The translations under genes and the position numbers were made by a program. Shown here in pieces: positions 27,722 through 36,915 of a DNA stretch of 64,000 bases. The stretch's first letter is position 1; each line of letters begins with the position of its first letter. The stretch spans positions 5,262 through 69,261 of the IMG/VR virus record IMGVR_UViG_3300027849_000012; one strand, 5' to 3'. The notes under the pieces are model-generated. The model saw nothing but the letters and a program-made list of their open reading frames with translations. It did not search any database and had not been told where the DNA came from. This stretch comes from a virus.

Positions 27722-27733
27722 CCATTTATTGTC

Positions 27734-27757
27734 AATGGTACCTAATTGGGTACCATT
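27734..27757. repeat. Near-perfect 24-bp palindrome just upstream of the promoter
   Basis: AATGGTACCTAATTGGGTACCATT. Confidence 0.7.
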
Positions 27758-27763
27758 TATCGG

Positions 27764-28099
27764 CTATCTATGTCTATATGGGACAGAATCCACTGGCCGG
27801 TCGTCAGCTTCTTTAATGAATATACCATCAACCATGCGGCCTTTGCGGTCCTTAATGTCATTATAAGCAACTTCCAAACAGGTTCTCATGTTCGTGTTAT
27901 TGCGTTCGGCAATGTTAATTAGAACAACCATAATGTCTCCGATATCGTCCTTAACATCTTTACCCTTACATATATTATCCGATAGTTCACCAACCTCTTG
28001 AATCAGCTTGGCCAGTTGATCCTTATCATTGGCACCGTCGATTAGGTTACGGTCTCTGTGCCATTGTGCAGTGGCTGTAATTAGTTCATCAATTGTCAT
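27764..28099 (-). CDS. mazG: MazG-like NTP pyrophosphohydrolase
   Basis: KLIQEVGEL, DDIGDIMVVL, AYNDIKDRKG. Confidence 0.85.
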   Translation of the reverse strand: MTIDELITATAQWHRDRNLIDGANDKDQLAKLIQEVGELSDNICKGKDVKDDIGDIMVVLINIAERNNTNMRTCLEVAYNDIKDRKGRMVDGIFIKEADDRPVDSVPYRHR

Positions 28100-28108
28100 G
28101 TTTATCCC

Positions 28109-29289
28109 TTAGTTATTTCTAAAAATGTCTCGTGTATAGACTTTGGTTATAACGTCTTCGATTTCTGGTTCTATGCGATTAGTGACGATCACATCAGAAA
28201 GCTTCTTAAATTTCTTGATATCAGTTTCTACGATGCATCCTAGGAATTCATCCTCAGCGATAGATGGTTCATAAATCACGACTTTTATATTGTTATCAAC
28301 GAGACGTGCAATTACACCTTGGATTGCCGAACTTCTATAGTTATCTGATCCAGACTTCATAGTCAGTCGATGGATACCTACAACATTAACACCGTCTACT
28401 TGTAGGATTTTATTAGTAATCCAATCCTTGCGGTTTTCATTAGCATATACAATGCTCTGGATAATCTTATTAGGGATTCTATGTTTACGGAAGTTAGCTA
28501 GTAGCTGTTTAGTATCTTAAGGAAACAGTAACCACCATACCCAAACGATGGATTAGCATAACCTTTACCAATTCTGCCGTCCAGTGTAACACCTTCAATG
28601 ATTTCCTTGGGGTCGATTCCAGTAGCTTCTGCGTACATATCTAGTTCATTAAAGAAAGCAACTCTCATGGCAAGATACGTATTAGCAAACAACTTAATAG
28701 ATTCTGCTTCTTCTGTCCCAGTGTATATGATAGGTGGGCCTGGGTAGTCGGGAATGATAGCTTCTTTAATCAACTCGGCAAAACTCTTACCTAGTTTAAG
28801 TTTATCCCCTATCACAATTCTTTCAGGTCTTAAGCAATCACGTAATGAAGTACCTTCTCGGAGAAACTCCGGCGAGAACATAATGCCGTAATGTCCAAAA
28901 ATTTTCCTCATTTCATCCACAAAACCTACAGGGATTGTAGACTTAATTACTATCGGACACATTGTGTATTCCATAGCATCTCGGATACAACCTCTAATAG
29001 AATCCGTATTGAAGTAATTTCTATCGGCATCATAATCAGTGGGTGTAGCAATTATAATCCAATCAGCATTCTTATATGCAGCTTTTCTATCCAAAGTAGC
29101 TTTTAAAGTGAGTTTCTCTGATGTGAGATATTCTATGATACACTTATCTTCAACTGTAGACTTACCAGCATTAATTAAATCAACTCTAACTGGATCAATG
29201 TCCAATACGGTGACTTCATTATATCTAGCCAACATAGTTGCGTTTGCCATTCCTACATAACCTGATCCTACTACTGTCACCTTTCTCAC
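28109..29289 (-). pseudogene. ugd: UDP-glucose 6-dehydrogenase, frameshifted near 28515-28525 (pseudogene or sequence error)
   Basis: GSGYVG, KSTIPVG, SPEFLREG, KLFANTYLAMRVA, PSFGYGGYC; the -1 frame continues DTKQLLAN...MKSGSDNYRSS...VYTRDIF. Confidence 0.85.
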
Positions 29290-30206
29290 AATGCGCTCCT
29301 CATAACATATTCCAAGGCACGTTCTGCCTCCTTATCTAACGGTCTTTTGTTATACCAATTACCATTATCCATATCTAGCTCTCTACACATCCAAGCAATT
29401 TCTTTTGCTGTTATAGGATATTTAGACTTGATTGCATTGTTAGCTAGAGATACCATAATCTGATACATCTTGTGATACCAACCACTTCCTGTAATGGACT
29501 TGTATTCATTCTCTAGCTTTCTAGGAAAGAATGGGCAATCTCTATACGAATTCCACTTTACGTCTGTGTTAGTCAAAGAGTTTTTCATATGATTGACCAT
29601 AGCTTCTTGCATTTGTTTGGGAAGTTTGTCAAAGAATGTATTAGAGCTCTTTTCAATATAGGTGTGTTTATCCATTAAATCTTCAGGATTAATAGGATCG
29701 CCGTCGTTTGTAAATATGAAATTATGAGCATTAGCATACGTACCCGGGATATAATACATACGTGATAAATCTTTAGTCTGTATATCACCAACTTCACCTA
29801 GTTCTTTATTTAAGGCAAACCAGAAATGTTTAATCTGTTCTCTATTCACTTCAGCAGTGAGTGGGAATACCAATCTGAATTTAGGGGTTTCTACTGTAGA
29901 AGAAGCAGTAGAGTAGCAAACGTATTTGAAGCTGCCACATTTGGCATCCAAAAATTCTTGCATATCTCCGTCCATATCATCAACATCTACTGCACACCAC
30001 CCGCCCCATTTTATGACGTTATCATTCTTTCTTGTGGTTCCGTCTACATAAGATGCAGGAGACATTAGATATGCAGATGTTTTATCCTTTCTAGGGACAG
30101 CTGCTAGTTTGAATAGGATTTTAGCGAAATCATCAAAGGTTTCACAATTGATGGTATTAACGGTCTTGGTCTCATATAGAGATTTGAATAGTGTACCTGT
30201 TATCAT
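29286..30206 (-). CDS. AEP-superfamily primase/primase-polymerase-like protein
   Basis: AVDVDD, YSTASS..PKFRLVFPL, DLSRMYYIP, helical C-terminal domain. Confidence 0.7.
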   Translation of the reverse strand: MITGTLFKSLYETKTVNTINCETFDDFAKILFKLAAVPRKDKTSAYLMSPASYVDGTTRKNDNVIKWGGWCAVDVDDMDGDMQEFLDAKCGSFKYVCYSTASSTVETPKFRLVFPLTAEVNREQIKHFWFALNKELGEVGDIQTKDLSRMYYIPGTYANAHNFIFTNDGDPINPEDLMDKHTYIEKSSNTFFDKLPKQMQEAMVNHMKNSLTNTDVKWNSYRDCPFFPRKLENEYKSITGSGWYHKMYQIMVSLANNAIKSKYPITAKEIAWMCRELDMDNGNWYNKRPLDKEAERALEYVMRSAL

Positions 30207-30213
30207 AATGTAT

Positions 30214-30242
30214 ATTATATCATAAATTGATCAAGATGTAAA
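30214..30242 (-). promoter_or_regulatory. Early/middle promoter giving a near-leaderless mRNA
   Basis: TTTACA-N17-TATAAT; the -10 ends 7 nt above the ATG at 30206. Confidence 0.7.
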
Positions 30243-31387
30243 CCATTATTTGAGTTATTTTTAAACTTTATTATGGCACCTTCACATATGCGTTCCAATC
30301 TTGCCGTGTAAGCTTCTTTACTTGTTGCTTCATAACAAGCATCGGCAATACTCTGTCTGGTATCAAGTGAGAGGTTAGCCCACTCTTTGGTCTTGGCTAA
30401 GAGGTCTGCTTTATTTTCAAAGATGTGGACGTATTTCTTCATCGCCTCGGGCAGCATCTCTTTCGCTGGATGAAGTCCTTTATAATTCTTCACCAAAACT
30501 GGAACCCCGCGGCTAAGAGACTCTAGCGAGGTGATAGTGAATGTGTCGTACGGCGCGATCCCAACGAAGGTACAAGCAGACTTGCCGATTTCCTGCACCA
30601 TCTCGCCGTGGTCTACGTTAGTCCTAGTTGTTCGCTCAGGCCTATTCTCAAATCTATCCATATTCTTTTGGATATACTTACCATTTTTACTGTTGTTATT
30701 GAGATAGTTAAATGCAGTGTATACCTCAGTGTATACCTCAGTGTCATCAAACACGTCATGTATATAGAACGTTGACTTCTCGGTATTAGCTGCAGAACAA
30801 TGTCTGACTACACCATCAGATGGTTGAACTGTTTCCCTCTCGGAATAAGCACAGAATAAAATATCATCTGCTGATACGTTAGCTTCAGGCCAGCGGCCGT
30901 AGAACTTATCGGTTCGCATTTTGTGGTAATCAGAACAGTTTATAAAAGTGTGACCCTGGGTGCAGAAATCATGCATCAAGTCAACGGAGGCTAAATCGCT
31001 CCAGAAGCCAGGGTTTGTCATAGACGAGAATATCACAGGTATGCCAAGGCCCATTAGTCTACTATAGGGATGGTCGTTAAACAGATAGTTTGATAATATC
31101 ACATCCGGTTTAAACTCCCTAATAGACTTAATTAGCTCTTTGGCAATTACACCTCTTTTAGATTTCTCGTAATCCTTAACATCCATACCCTCAGGTATAG
31201 TCTCTTTATAGTAATCAATTCCGTTCATATGATTATGCAGATCAGTGAATGCTGTATACAGTCTTACATCATGACCAGCATCTTGCAATGCTCTAACTTG
31301 ACATAGAGTACCCTGGTCAATGCCAGAAGCTCTCTTATGATACGAAAAGAATGTTCTAAAGGTATATGGAAGTATAAATACTCGCAT
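30215..31387 (-). CDS. GT-B fold (GT4-like) glycosyltransferase
   Basis: ALQDAGHDVRL, FKPDVIL, DTFTITSLESLSRGVPVL (variant of the E-x7-E signature). Confidence 0.75.
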   Translation of the reverse strand: MRVFILPYTFRTFFSYHKRASGIDQGTLCQVRALQDAGHDVRLYTAFTDLHNHMNGIDYYKETIPEGMDVKDYEKSKRGVIAKELIKSIREFKPDVILSNYLFNDHPYSRLMGLGIPVIFSSMTNPGFWSDLASVDLMHDFCTQGHTFINCSDYHKMRTDKFYGRWPEANVSADDILFCAYSERETVQPSDGVVRHCSAANTEKSTFYIHDVFDDTEVYTEVYTAFNYLNNNSKNGKYIQKNMDRFENRPERTTRTNVDHGEMVQEIGKSACTFVGIAPYDTFTITSLESLSRGVPVLVKNYKGLHPAKEMLPEAMKKYVHIFENKADLLAKTKEWANLSLDTRQSIADACYEATSKEAYTARLERICEGAIIKFKNNSNNGLHLDQFMI

Positions 31388-31392
31388 CAGGA

Positions 31393-31704
31393 TTACAGTA
31401 CCTCGTCTATCTCTGGGTTATCCAACTGGTCTTCACCTACATATCGCATTAAGGTATTAGCCTTCTTATCGAGTACTGGGTGCCAAATGCTCTTGGTTTT
31501 ATAAGTCATTCGCTGGCCGAGAAGTTCTTGGAACTCACGATAATCTTCTTCATTCCTAAATCGGACTTTAAGCAACTTATATGCTTCATCCTGTGGCTGA
31601 TTAAAGTCTGGCATTCCATCCCAATCATATGGGGTAGTCTCTTCTTCGCTGCCATCTAGGACAAATAGACTTGCTGGTTCATAGTTAATAGTTTTATTGC
31701 TCAT
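31393..31704 (-). CDS. Small protein coupled to the GREB1-like glycosyltransferase
   Basis: WDGMPDFNQ, VRFRNEEDYREF, TKSIWHP; overlaps the GT stop. Confidence 0.7.
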   Translation of the reverse strand: MSNKTINYEPASLFVLDGSEEETTPYDWDGMPDFNQPQDEAYKLLKVRFRNEEDYREFQELLGQRMTYKTKSIWHPVLDKKANTLMRYVGEDQLDNPEIDEVL

Positions 31705-32653
31705 TGAATTCCTCTCCTTCTTCATCTTTTACTGCTGATTGTTTTAATTTTACTAGCTTCATGCCGTAGTTATCAGTACCTTTAGTTATATTTAGATCAT
31801 CCCGTTTAGTGGGTTTATGATGAGTATACACTGAATAATCAATGTGGTGATGCCATCTGCCCCATTTCTGAGTAATCTTAACAACGTCTGGGTGTTGTGC
31901 ATGTAGGGACTCAGCAAACTCTCGTCTATGATCCCAATCACCCTCTCGGGTTTCTACTGTGCCAGGTTTATCAATACCATACACCTCTTCCGTATTACCA
32001 CCTTTCATTGTCAACGTAGCAACTTTACCACATAGCATTGCATTGAATAGGTAAGTATGGTAACCAGCTTTCAGGACCCTCAGTGATAAATCGGTATCTT
32101 CATTGAAACGGCCTCTCCAAGCGAAATCCGGGTAGATGTCATTAGACAATAGGATACAAGAATATACTCGGGTATTATGATAATATGGTGGCCGCTTTGT
32201 TGCGGCTGGACAAAAGAATGCATAGTTCATACCAGACATTTTAACATCGGTATACCTATCAGTAAAGTCTTCACACACCCTGAAACACGTAGGAGTTGTC
32301 ATCTTGGTCTTACGGTTATTGTGCAACCTATAAAAATTGTGGATATTATCATCTAGTATCCAATGTCTCTTATGACCTTCTTTAATCGAATGTTCCCACA
32401 CCCAGTTCCGAACTGGTATAGACCCACCAATAAGTCCGGTGACTTCACATTTCTTAGCCCATTTTGGATTTTCTCTAAATCCCTCAGGTAACACTAAAAT
32501 GTTTGCTGGGTCTATTACTGCAGAATAAGCAGCATAATCTGCTTGTTCAATTACGATCCTATAACGCGCGCCCATATCTTCCAGTGACTTTACAGTAAGT
32601 CTTGATTCAGCTCGGCCCTTGGAAATAATGTATATCGGATACTTGGATTGCAT
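31694..32653 (-). CDS. GREB1/TAGT-like GT-A glycosyltransferase (nucleobase-modifying family)
   Basis: PIYIISKGRA, VRNWVWEH, WILDDNI, YSCILL, FNEDTDLSLR, MKGGN. Confidence 0.8.
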   Translation of the reverse strand: MQSKYPIYIISKGRAESRLTVKSLEDMGARYRIVIEQADYAAYSAVIDPANILVLPEGFRENPKWAKKCEVTGLIGGSIPVRNWVWEHSIKEGHKRHWILDDNIHNFYRLHNNRKTKMTTPTCFRVCEDFTDRYTDVKMSGMNYAFFCPAATKRPPYYHNTRVYSCILLSNDIYPDFAWRGRFNEDTDLSLRVLKAGYHTYLFNAMLCGKVATLTMKGGNTEEVYGIDKPGTVETREGDWDHRREFAESLHAQHPDVVKITQKWGRWHHHIDYSVYTHHKPTKRDDLNITKGTDNYGMKLVKLKQSAVKDEEGEEFNEQ

Positions 32654-32654
32654 A

Positions 32655-32951
32655 TTAGACCCCAGTTATGATTCCTTGCTTAGGCGGAGTAATAATAGCG
32701 CCTGTAGCTTGTTCGTATTGTGTTACAATATCACCAATAGGTTCTAGTATAAACAGAATGTGTTTTGAATCAACTGTTACGCCGCTTTCTTTGGCCGTAG
32801 TGTAAGGCATATAAGGCATGAAACCCATCTTACCCTCTTCTGCCGCATATAAAGCAATAGGGTTATTAAACGTAACCTTCTCACCTTGAATATCTACTGT
32901 AGCAATGATTTCTTCGCCACTTACTAATCTAATTAATTTGATGTTGTTCAT
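32655..32951 (-). CDS. Small Sm-like conserved T4-like protein
   Basis: IKLIRLVSGEEIIA, FMPYMPY, IITP. Confidence 0.7.
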   Translation of the reverse strand: MNNIKLIRLVSGEEIIATVDIQGEKVTFNNPIALYAAEEGKMGFMPYMPYTTAKESGVTVDSKHILFILEPIGDIVTQYEQATGAIITPPKQGIITGV

Positions 32952-32972
32952 ATTTTTTCTCCGTAATAGTAT

Positions 32973-33001
32973 ATTATATCATACTTTTGTGCAAATGTAA
33001 A
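32973..33001 (-). promoter_or_regulatory. Early/middle promoter for the glycosyltransferase operon
   Basis: TTTACA-N17-TATAAT, extended TG. Confidence 0.75.
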
Positions 33002-33004
33002 CCC

Positions 33005-35509
33005 CTATCCGAAAAAATCTTCAAGTGAGGATTGTTGTTCAGAAGACCATCCAACGGCCTTTAGAATTGGTTCGATCGGACCCAAGAAGGTCTTAGCAAA
33101 TTGTAGTTCGTAGTCTATGTATTTAGACAAGGCAAATTCGTCGGGTAAATATTGAGTGAACCCAACGACATTCTCCTTTAAACTGTTTGGAACTTTTAGG
33201 TATATAAATTTGATCTTCTCGCCATTCTTGATAGGTTCATACTTCTTGTCGAGGCTGTACTGTTCTAGCAACTTGTTGTGCAGTAATGCAGCTCGGACAT
33301 GGATAGGTGAACCCTTCTTATAAATTGTAGCACTATCCCGATAGTCGGTGACGTTGGATACACCACGTGGGAAAGCAATCTTATCAGCAGGAAGTGTCGA
33401 GAAGTATTCTTTGAATTGTTTAATTGATTTCTGGACGGTCGCCTCATCTGATATCATAATAACCTTAAAGATGGCTTTAAGAGCATCACGGCATGGTTCT
33501 GGTGTAGAGGATTTAATAGCCTCGATACCCATGATTTTGAGTTTGGGTTCTGCATATCGAACACCCTCGTTATCAAACACATTAAGGATGTAGCGTTTCT
33601 TAGCAGTCCAGATACCACGATCAGCAATAACCTCACGTTTCATAACCATACGGTTCTCAATGCCACCCATCATTTCAAACAGATTAGCATAAGCCTCTTC
33701 AAGCACAGGTTCTAGTTTCTCAGAAGCAACTGTATCAAGAAAGTCAATGGGGTTGGACGGGTTAACAGCCTTGACCAGATCATCCATAGCTACATAAAGT
33801 GAATCCGTGTCAATAGCAATAACATAGTCTTTCTTAGTTTTAAGAATACTCTGCATATATTTGTTAATGGCAACTTCTGCCCATCGGATTGTGAGCTGAC
33901 CAGATAATGTAATAGCCTCGGCAATGCGTTGATCAAAGAATTTAAAATATTTGTTACCCATAGCACCATAAAGTGAATTAAGTAGAATCTTGATAGCCAT
34001 TTGTCGGTTCTCGGCAATATTGATTCTGCGTTCTATGGCATAAACATCTTGTTTACTTCTCTTGTCAACCTTCTGCAAGTCCTTCTGCGCTTGGATCATT
34101 TCTTTCTTGATCTCGACTCTCTCGCTGTACATACCGTCAACTAAGGTTGGCATAAACCCTTTCTTATCTGTACGGAATAACTGGCCGTTACCACCAATGC
34201 CTTTGCCTGGGTTATCAAATTTGTACCCATTAAGCAACTTTTCAATGTCCACGTTCATAACTTCACCATTAGCAATTGTCTCGGTAGACATATTGTACTG
34301 CATAATGAGCGACGGATATAGTGAGTTAAGGTCAAAGGATACTACGTTTTTATGCATTCCAACCATCGGGTCTTTTACATAACCACCAGGATAATCGGAC
34401 TTAATCTTGTTTTCATAGAACGGTGCGACGGTCTTATTAGCGTGTAAGTATCGGTAAATGATACATTCCCAAATAGAGGTAACGCCGAAGGTGTCTCCAT
34501 AATTCACGCCACCCTGATAAGCCATAGTAAGACATAGAGTAATCAAACCCATCTTATCCTCAAGCCGCTCTACGATTTCAACGTCTTTGATATTATAGTC
34601 AATAAACTTCTGGTGATCAAATTTATATAATGTGTGTAACGAGCCGTGTTCTGCATATGACAATTTCCTCTCGCCGAGGACAACATTTGCGATATGATCA
34701 AGTCTATAGGATTCTTGGTTGCCGTATGAGTACCCGAATTTCTTAAAGAGCTCTAGGTAATCAAGAGTGTCTATGCCTTTGAGATCATATGTAGCCTGTG
34801 ATCTATTCATGATCTTGACGTCATATCGGTCTACTAATCCCCAGGGCGAGAATCGTTTAACCATGTCCTCACCGAGTATTTTAAGTGTTCTATTAACGAG
34901 ATACGGAACATCAAAGAATCGAACATTCCAGCCGGTGATAATGTCGGGGCAGTTTTTAGGAAGTGACCAGTGATATATGAAATCTGATAACAGTTCAGCC
35001 TCAGAGCCGCACTTCTTATAAATGACTTCTTTGTCTGTTAACTTAGCAGATACGTCATAGTCATTAAGACCCCAAACGTAATAGATGTTATCAATATTGT
35101 TTCTTAAAGCAATAGAGATAACTGGATAATTAGCATCTTCGGGTAATGGGAAACCCTCATCAGAAGCAACCTCGATATCAAATGACGTCACATTAATCTT
35201 AGCACGATCCCACTCAATGATTCCGGGGAACTCATCGTTGATAAAGGAATGTATGTGTTTGTCGTTTCCGAATATTAACCTACCAGCAGTCTGTTTATTA
35301 GCAGCAATCCATTCTTTGGCATCTCGCATAGACTCCATCTGCACAGGTGCAACAGGAACTCCAGTCAGAGATTTCCATGGTGTAGGTTTAGGTGTGTTAA
35401 CAAATAGTGTTGGTTTGTACTTGATTTTTTCTTGAACTTTGCGGCCGTTCTTATACCCACGATAGAGTAACATATTGCCATAACGAGCTACGTTAGTGTA
35501 AAATTCCAT
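33005..35509 (-). CDS. gp43: Family B DNA polymerase gp43
   Basis: FDIEV, GWNVRFFD, SFDLNSLYPS, KILLNSLYG, IDTDS, KKRY. Confidence 0.97.
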   Translation of the reverse strand: MEFYTNVARYGNMLLYRGYKNGRKVQEKIKYKPTLFVNTPKPTPWKSLTGVPVAPVQMESMRDAKEWIAANKQTAGRLIFGNDKHIHSFINDEFPGIIEWDRAKINVTSFDIEVASDEGFPLPEDANYPVISIALRNNIDNIYYVWGLNDYDVSAKLTDKEVIYKKCGSEAELLSDFIYHWSLPKNCPDIITGWNVRFFDVPYLVNRTLKILGEDMVKRFSPWGLVDRYDVKIMNRSQATYDLKGIDTLDYLELFKKFGYSYGNQESYRLDHIANVVLGERKLSYAEHGSLHTLYKFDHQKFIDYNIKDVEIVERLEDKMGLITLCLTMAYQGGVNYGDTFGVTSIWECIIYRYLHANKTVAPFYENKIKSDYPGGYVKDPMVGMHKNVVSFDLNSLYPSLIMQYNMSTETIANGEVMNVDIEKLLNGYKFDNPGKGIGGNGQLFRTDKKGFMPTLVDGMYSERVEIKKEMIQAQKDLQKVDKRSKQDVYAIERRINIAENRQMAIKILLNSLYGAMGNKYFKFFDQRIAEAITLSGQLTIRWAEVAINKYMQSILKTKKDYVIAIDTDSLYVAMDDLVKAVNPSNPIDFLDTVASEKLEPVLEEAYANLFEMMGGIENRMVMKREVIADRGIWTAKKRYILNVFDNEGVRYAEPKLKIMGIEAIKSSTPEPCRDALKAIFKVIMISDEATVQKSIKQFKEYFSTLPADKIAFPRGVSNVTDYRDSATIYKKGSPIHVRAALLHNKLLEQYSLDKKYEPIKNGEKIKFIYLKVPNSLKENVVGFTQYLPDEFALSKYIDYELQFAKTFLGPIEPILKAVGWSSEQQSSLEDFFG

Positions 35510-35539
35510 AATGTAAGGTCACCTTTTTAATATATGTAT

Positions 35540-35568
35540 ATTATATCACATTGCGAGACAAAAGTAAA
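35540..35568 (-). promoter_or_regulatory. Early/middle promoter for gp43
   Basis: TTTACT-N17-TATAAT, extended TG. Confidence 0.75.
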
Positions 35569-35603
35569 GGGGTTTCTGCATAAGTTTACACTTATGTGTA
35601 CTT

Positions 35604-35632
35604 AAAAGTTTGGGGGAGTTTTTACGTCCCCC
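35604..35632 (-). terminator. Probable intrinsic terminator of the hsp20 transcript
   Basis: GGGGGA/TCCCCC stem followed by AAACTTTT on the minus strand. Confidence 0.5.
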
Positions 35633-35662
35633 GCATGATGTCAAATAGATATTCGATTGGCC

Positions 35663-35797
35663 TTAGTTAGCGGCTAAAATAATAACAGCAGGTGCAATTC
35701 CTAAAATTGCAATTCCACATACTATTGTAAATAAGCTACTAATTAAGGTCTCACTAATATCGTCATACTTTCTTGCTAATTGCATGATAGTCTTCAT
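35663..35797 (-). CDS. Small single-TM peptide (44 aa)
   Basis: MKTIMQLARKYDDISETLISSLFTIVCGIAILGIAPAVIILAAN; GGAG SD. Confidence 0.6.
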   Translation of the reverse strand: MKTIMQLARKYDDISETLISSLFTIVCGIAILGIAPAVIILAAN

Positions 35798-35853
35798 AGT
35801 GTTGCTCCAGTAAAAGTTTATTACTTCCACTGGGTTTTCGCTGCTCACCGGAG

Positions 35854-36306
35854 TTACTCTTGCAAGAACTCCTTCTTCTTTGATGCCCCAGCAGACCCTA
35901 ATTGAATCTTCCTAGGACGCCTCTCCTCTGGAACTTCAACCCTGGCATTCACCACGAGTATTCCGTTCACTAGATCAGCACCGTCTATAACTACAAATTC
36001 AGAGAGTCGGAAGGACTTCTCAAATTTGCGGGATGATATACCTTTATATGCATACTCTCTTTCATCACTAGCGCTTTCGCCTTTAACTAATAGAATTCCA
36101 TCCTTCACTTCGACGTTGATGTCTTCTGGTGAAAAACCCGCAACTGCAAGTTCAATAATGAAATTTTCATCATCGACCTTCACTACATTGTGGGGTGGAT
36201 AGTTATCTTGGGATCTTCCAGCTGAGTGGATTCTTTCAAGTTCGTTTAGTATGGGTTCAAACCCGATGAATAAAGAACGCGGCACGTTCATAGTATTTCT
36301 TACCAT
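35854..36306 (-). CDS. hsp20: Small heat shock protein Hsp20
   Basis: YPPHNVV, IELAVAGF, YKGISSRKFEKSFRL, NGIL. Confidence 0.93.
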   Translation of the reverse strand: MVRNTMNVPRSLFIGFEPILNELERIHSAGRSQDNYPPHNVVKVDDENFIIELAVAGFSPEDINVEVKDGILLVKGESASDEREYAYKGISSRKFEKSFRLSEFVVIDGADLVNGILVVNARVEVPEERRPRKIQLGSAGASKKKEFLQE

Positions 36307-36312
36307 TTTTAA

Positions 36313-36357
36313 TTCCTCTTATGAGCAAAGTTTTCGGACCCGACCAATTCGGCATCC
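36313..36357 (-). promoter_or_regulatory. ROSE-like RNA thermometer in the hsp20 5' UTR
   Basis: UUGCUC-AUAA-GAGGAA hairpin over the SD, preceded by a GC-rich hairpin. Confidence 0.6.
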
Positions 36358-36363
36358 TGTAGT

Positions 36364-36371
36364 TATTTATA
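36364..36371 (-). promoter_or_regulatory. T4 late promoter for hsp20
   Basis: TATAAATA. Confidence 0.75.
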
Positions 36372-36399
36372 ACGCACAGTTAAGTGAATTACAAATTAG

Positions 36400-36483
36400 T
36401 TATACGCAGAATTGTTTAACTACTTTATTCAATCTGCCGGATTTCATTATTTTATGAAATCGCTTAAAAATCCTTCTTACCAT
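36400..36483 (-). CDS. Basic 27-aa peptide
   Basis: MVRRIFKRFHKIMKSGRLNKVVKQFCV; AGGA SD overlapping the regA stop. Confidence 0.45.
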   Translation of the reverse strand: MVRRIFKRFHKIMKSGRLNKVVKQFCV

Positions 36484-36489
36484 TCTTTC

Positions 36490-36915
36490 CTACTGCTTGC
36501 TGCTACCTATGTTATACTTGGGACATAATTCCCAATAGCTTTTTTCCTTGTGAGGGATTACCTTGATCTGTCTTAGTGGCGCGGTATTCTGTGCAACACT
36601 AGGGTTAACAATAGTAACAAGTCCCCAATCGGATAGCAATGTCGATATGGTATTTCTTCGTTCTAGGTCATTAACCATCAATGATGACGGCTTACCATCA
36701 AGTAAGAATAGCTCTTTAAAGTGAACTATAAAGTATCTGCCTTGCTTGTGTAATATGTGACAGGACTGATAGAGCTTTTGATCTTTCCTAGAAGCAACAC
36801 CTATACGTGTAAGGGTTTCTCTAATTTTTAAAAAATCATCAGGTTCGTTCAGGGTAATTTCAAGCATGGACGCCGGAGTCCAATCCTTGACTTCAATGTT
36901 ATTTTCGTTTTCCAC
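36490..36915 (-). CDS. regA: Translational repressor RegA
   Basis: DDFLKIRETLTRIG, LYQSCHILHKQG, YFIVHFKEL, PKYNIG. Confidence 0.95.
   Translation of the reverse strand: MENENNIEVKDWTPASMLEITLNEPDDFLKIRETLTRIGVASRKDQKLYQSCHILHKQGRYFIVHFKELFLLDGKPSSLMVNDLERRNTISTLLSDWGLVTIVNPSVAQNTAPLRQIKVIPHKEKSYWELCPKYNIGSSKQ

Noticed and set aside
30715-30744. 12-nt tandem repeat (TEVYTEVY) in the GT-B gene
   Set aside because: Short and in-frame; most likely a neutral slippage event.
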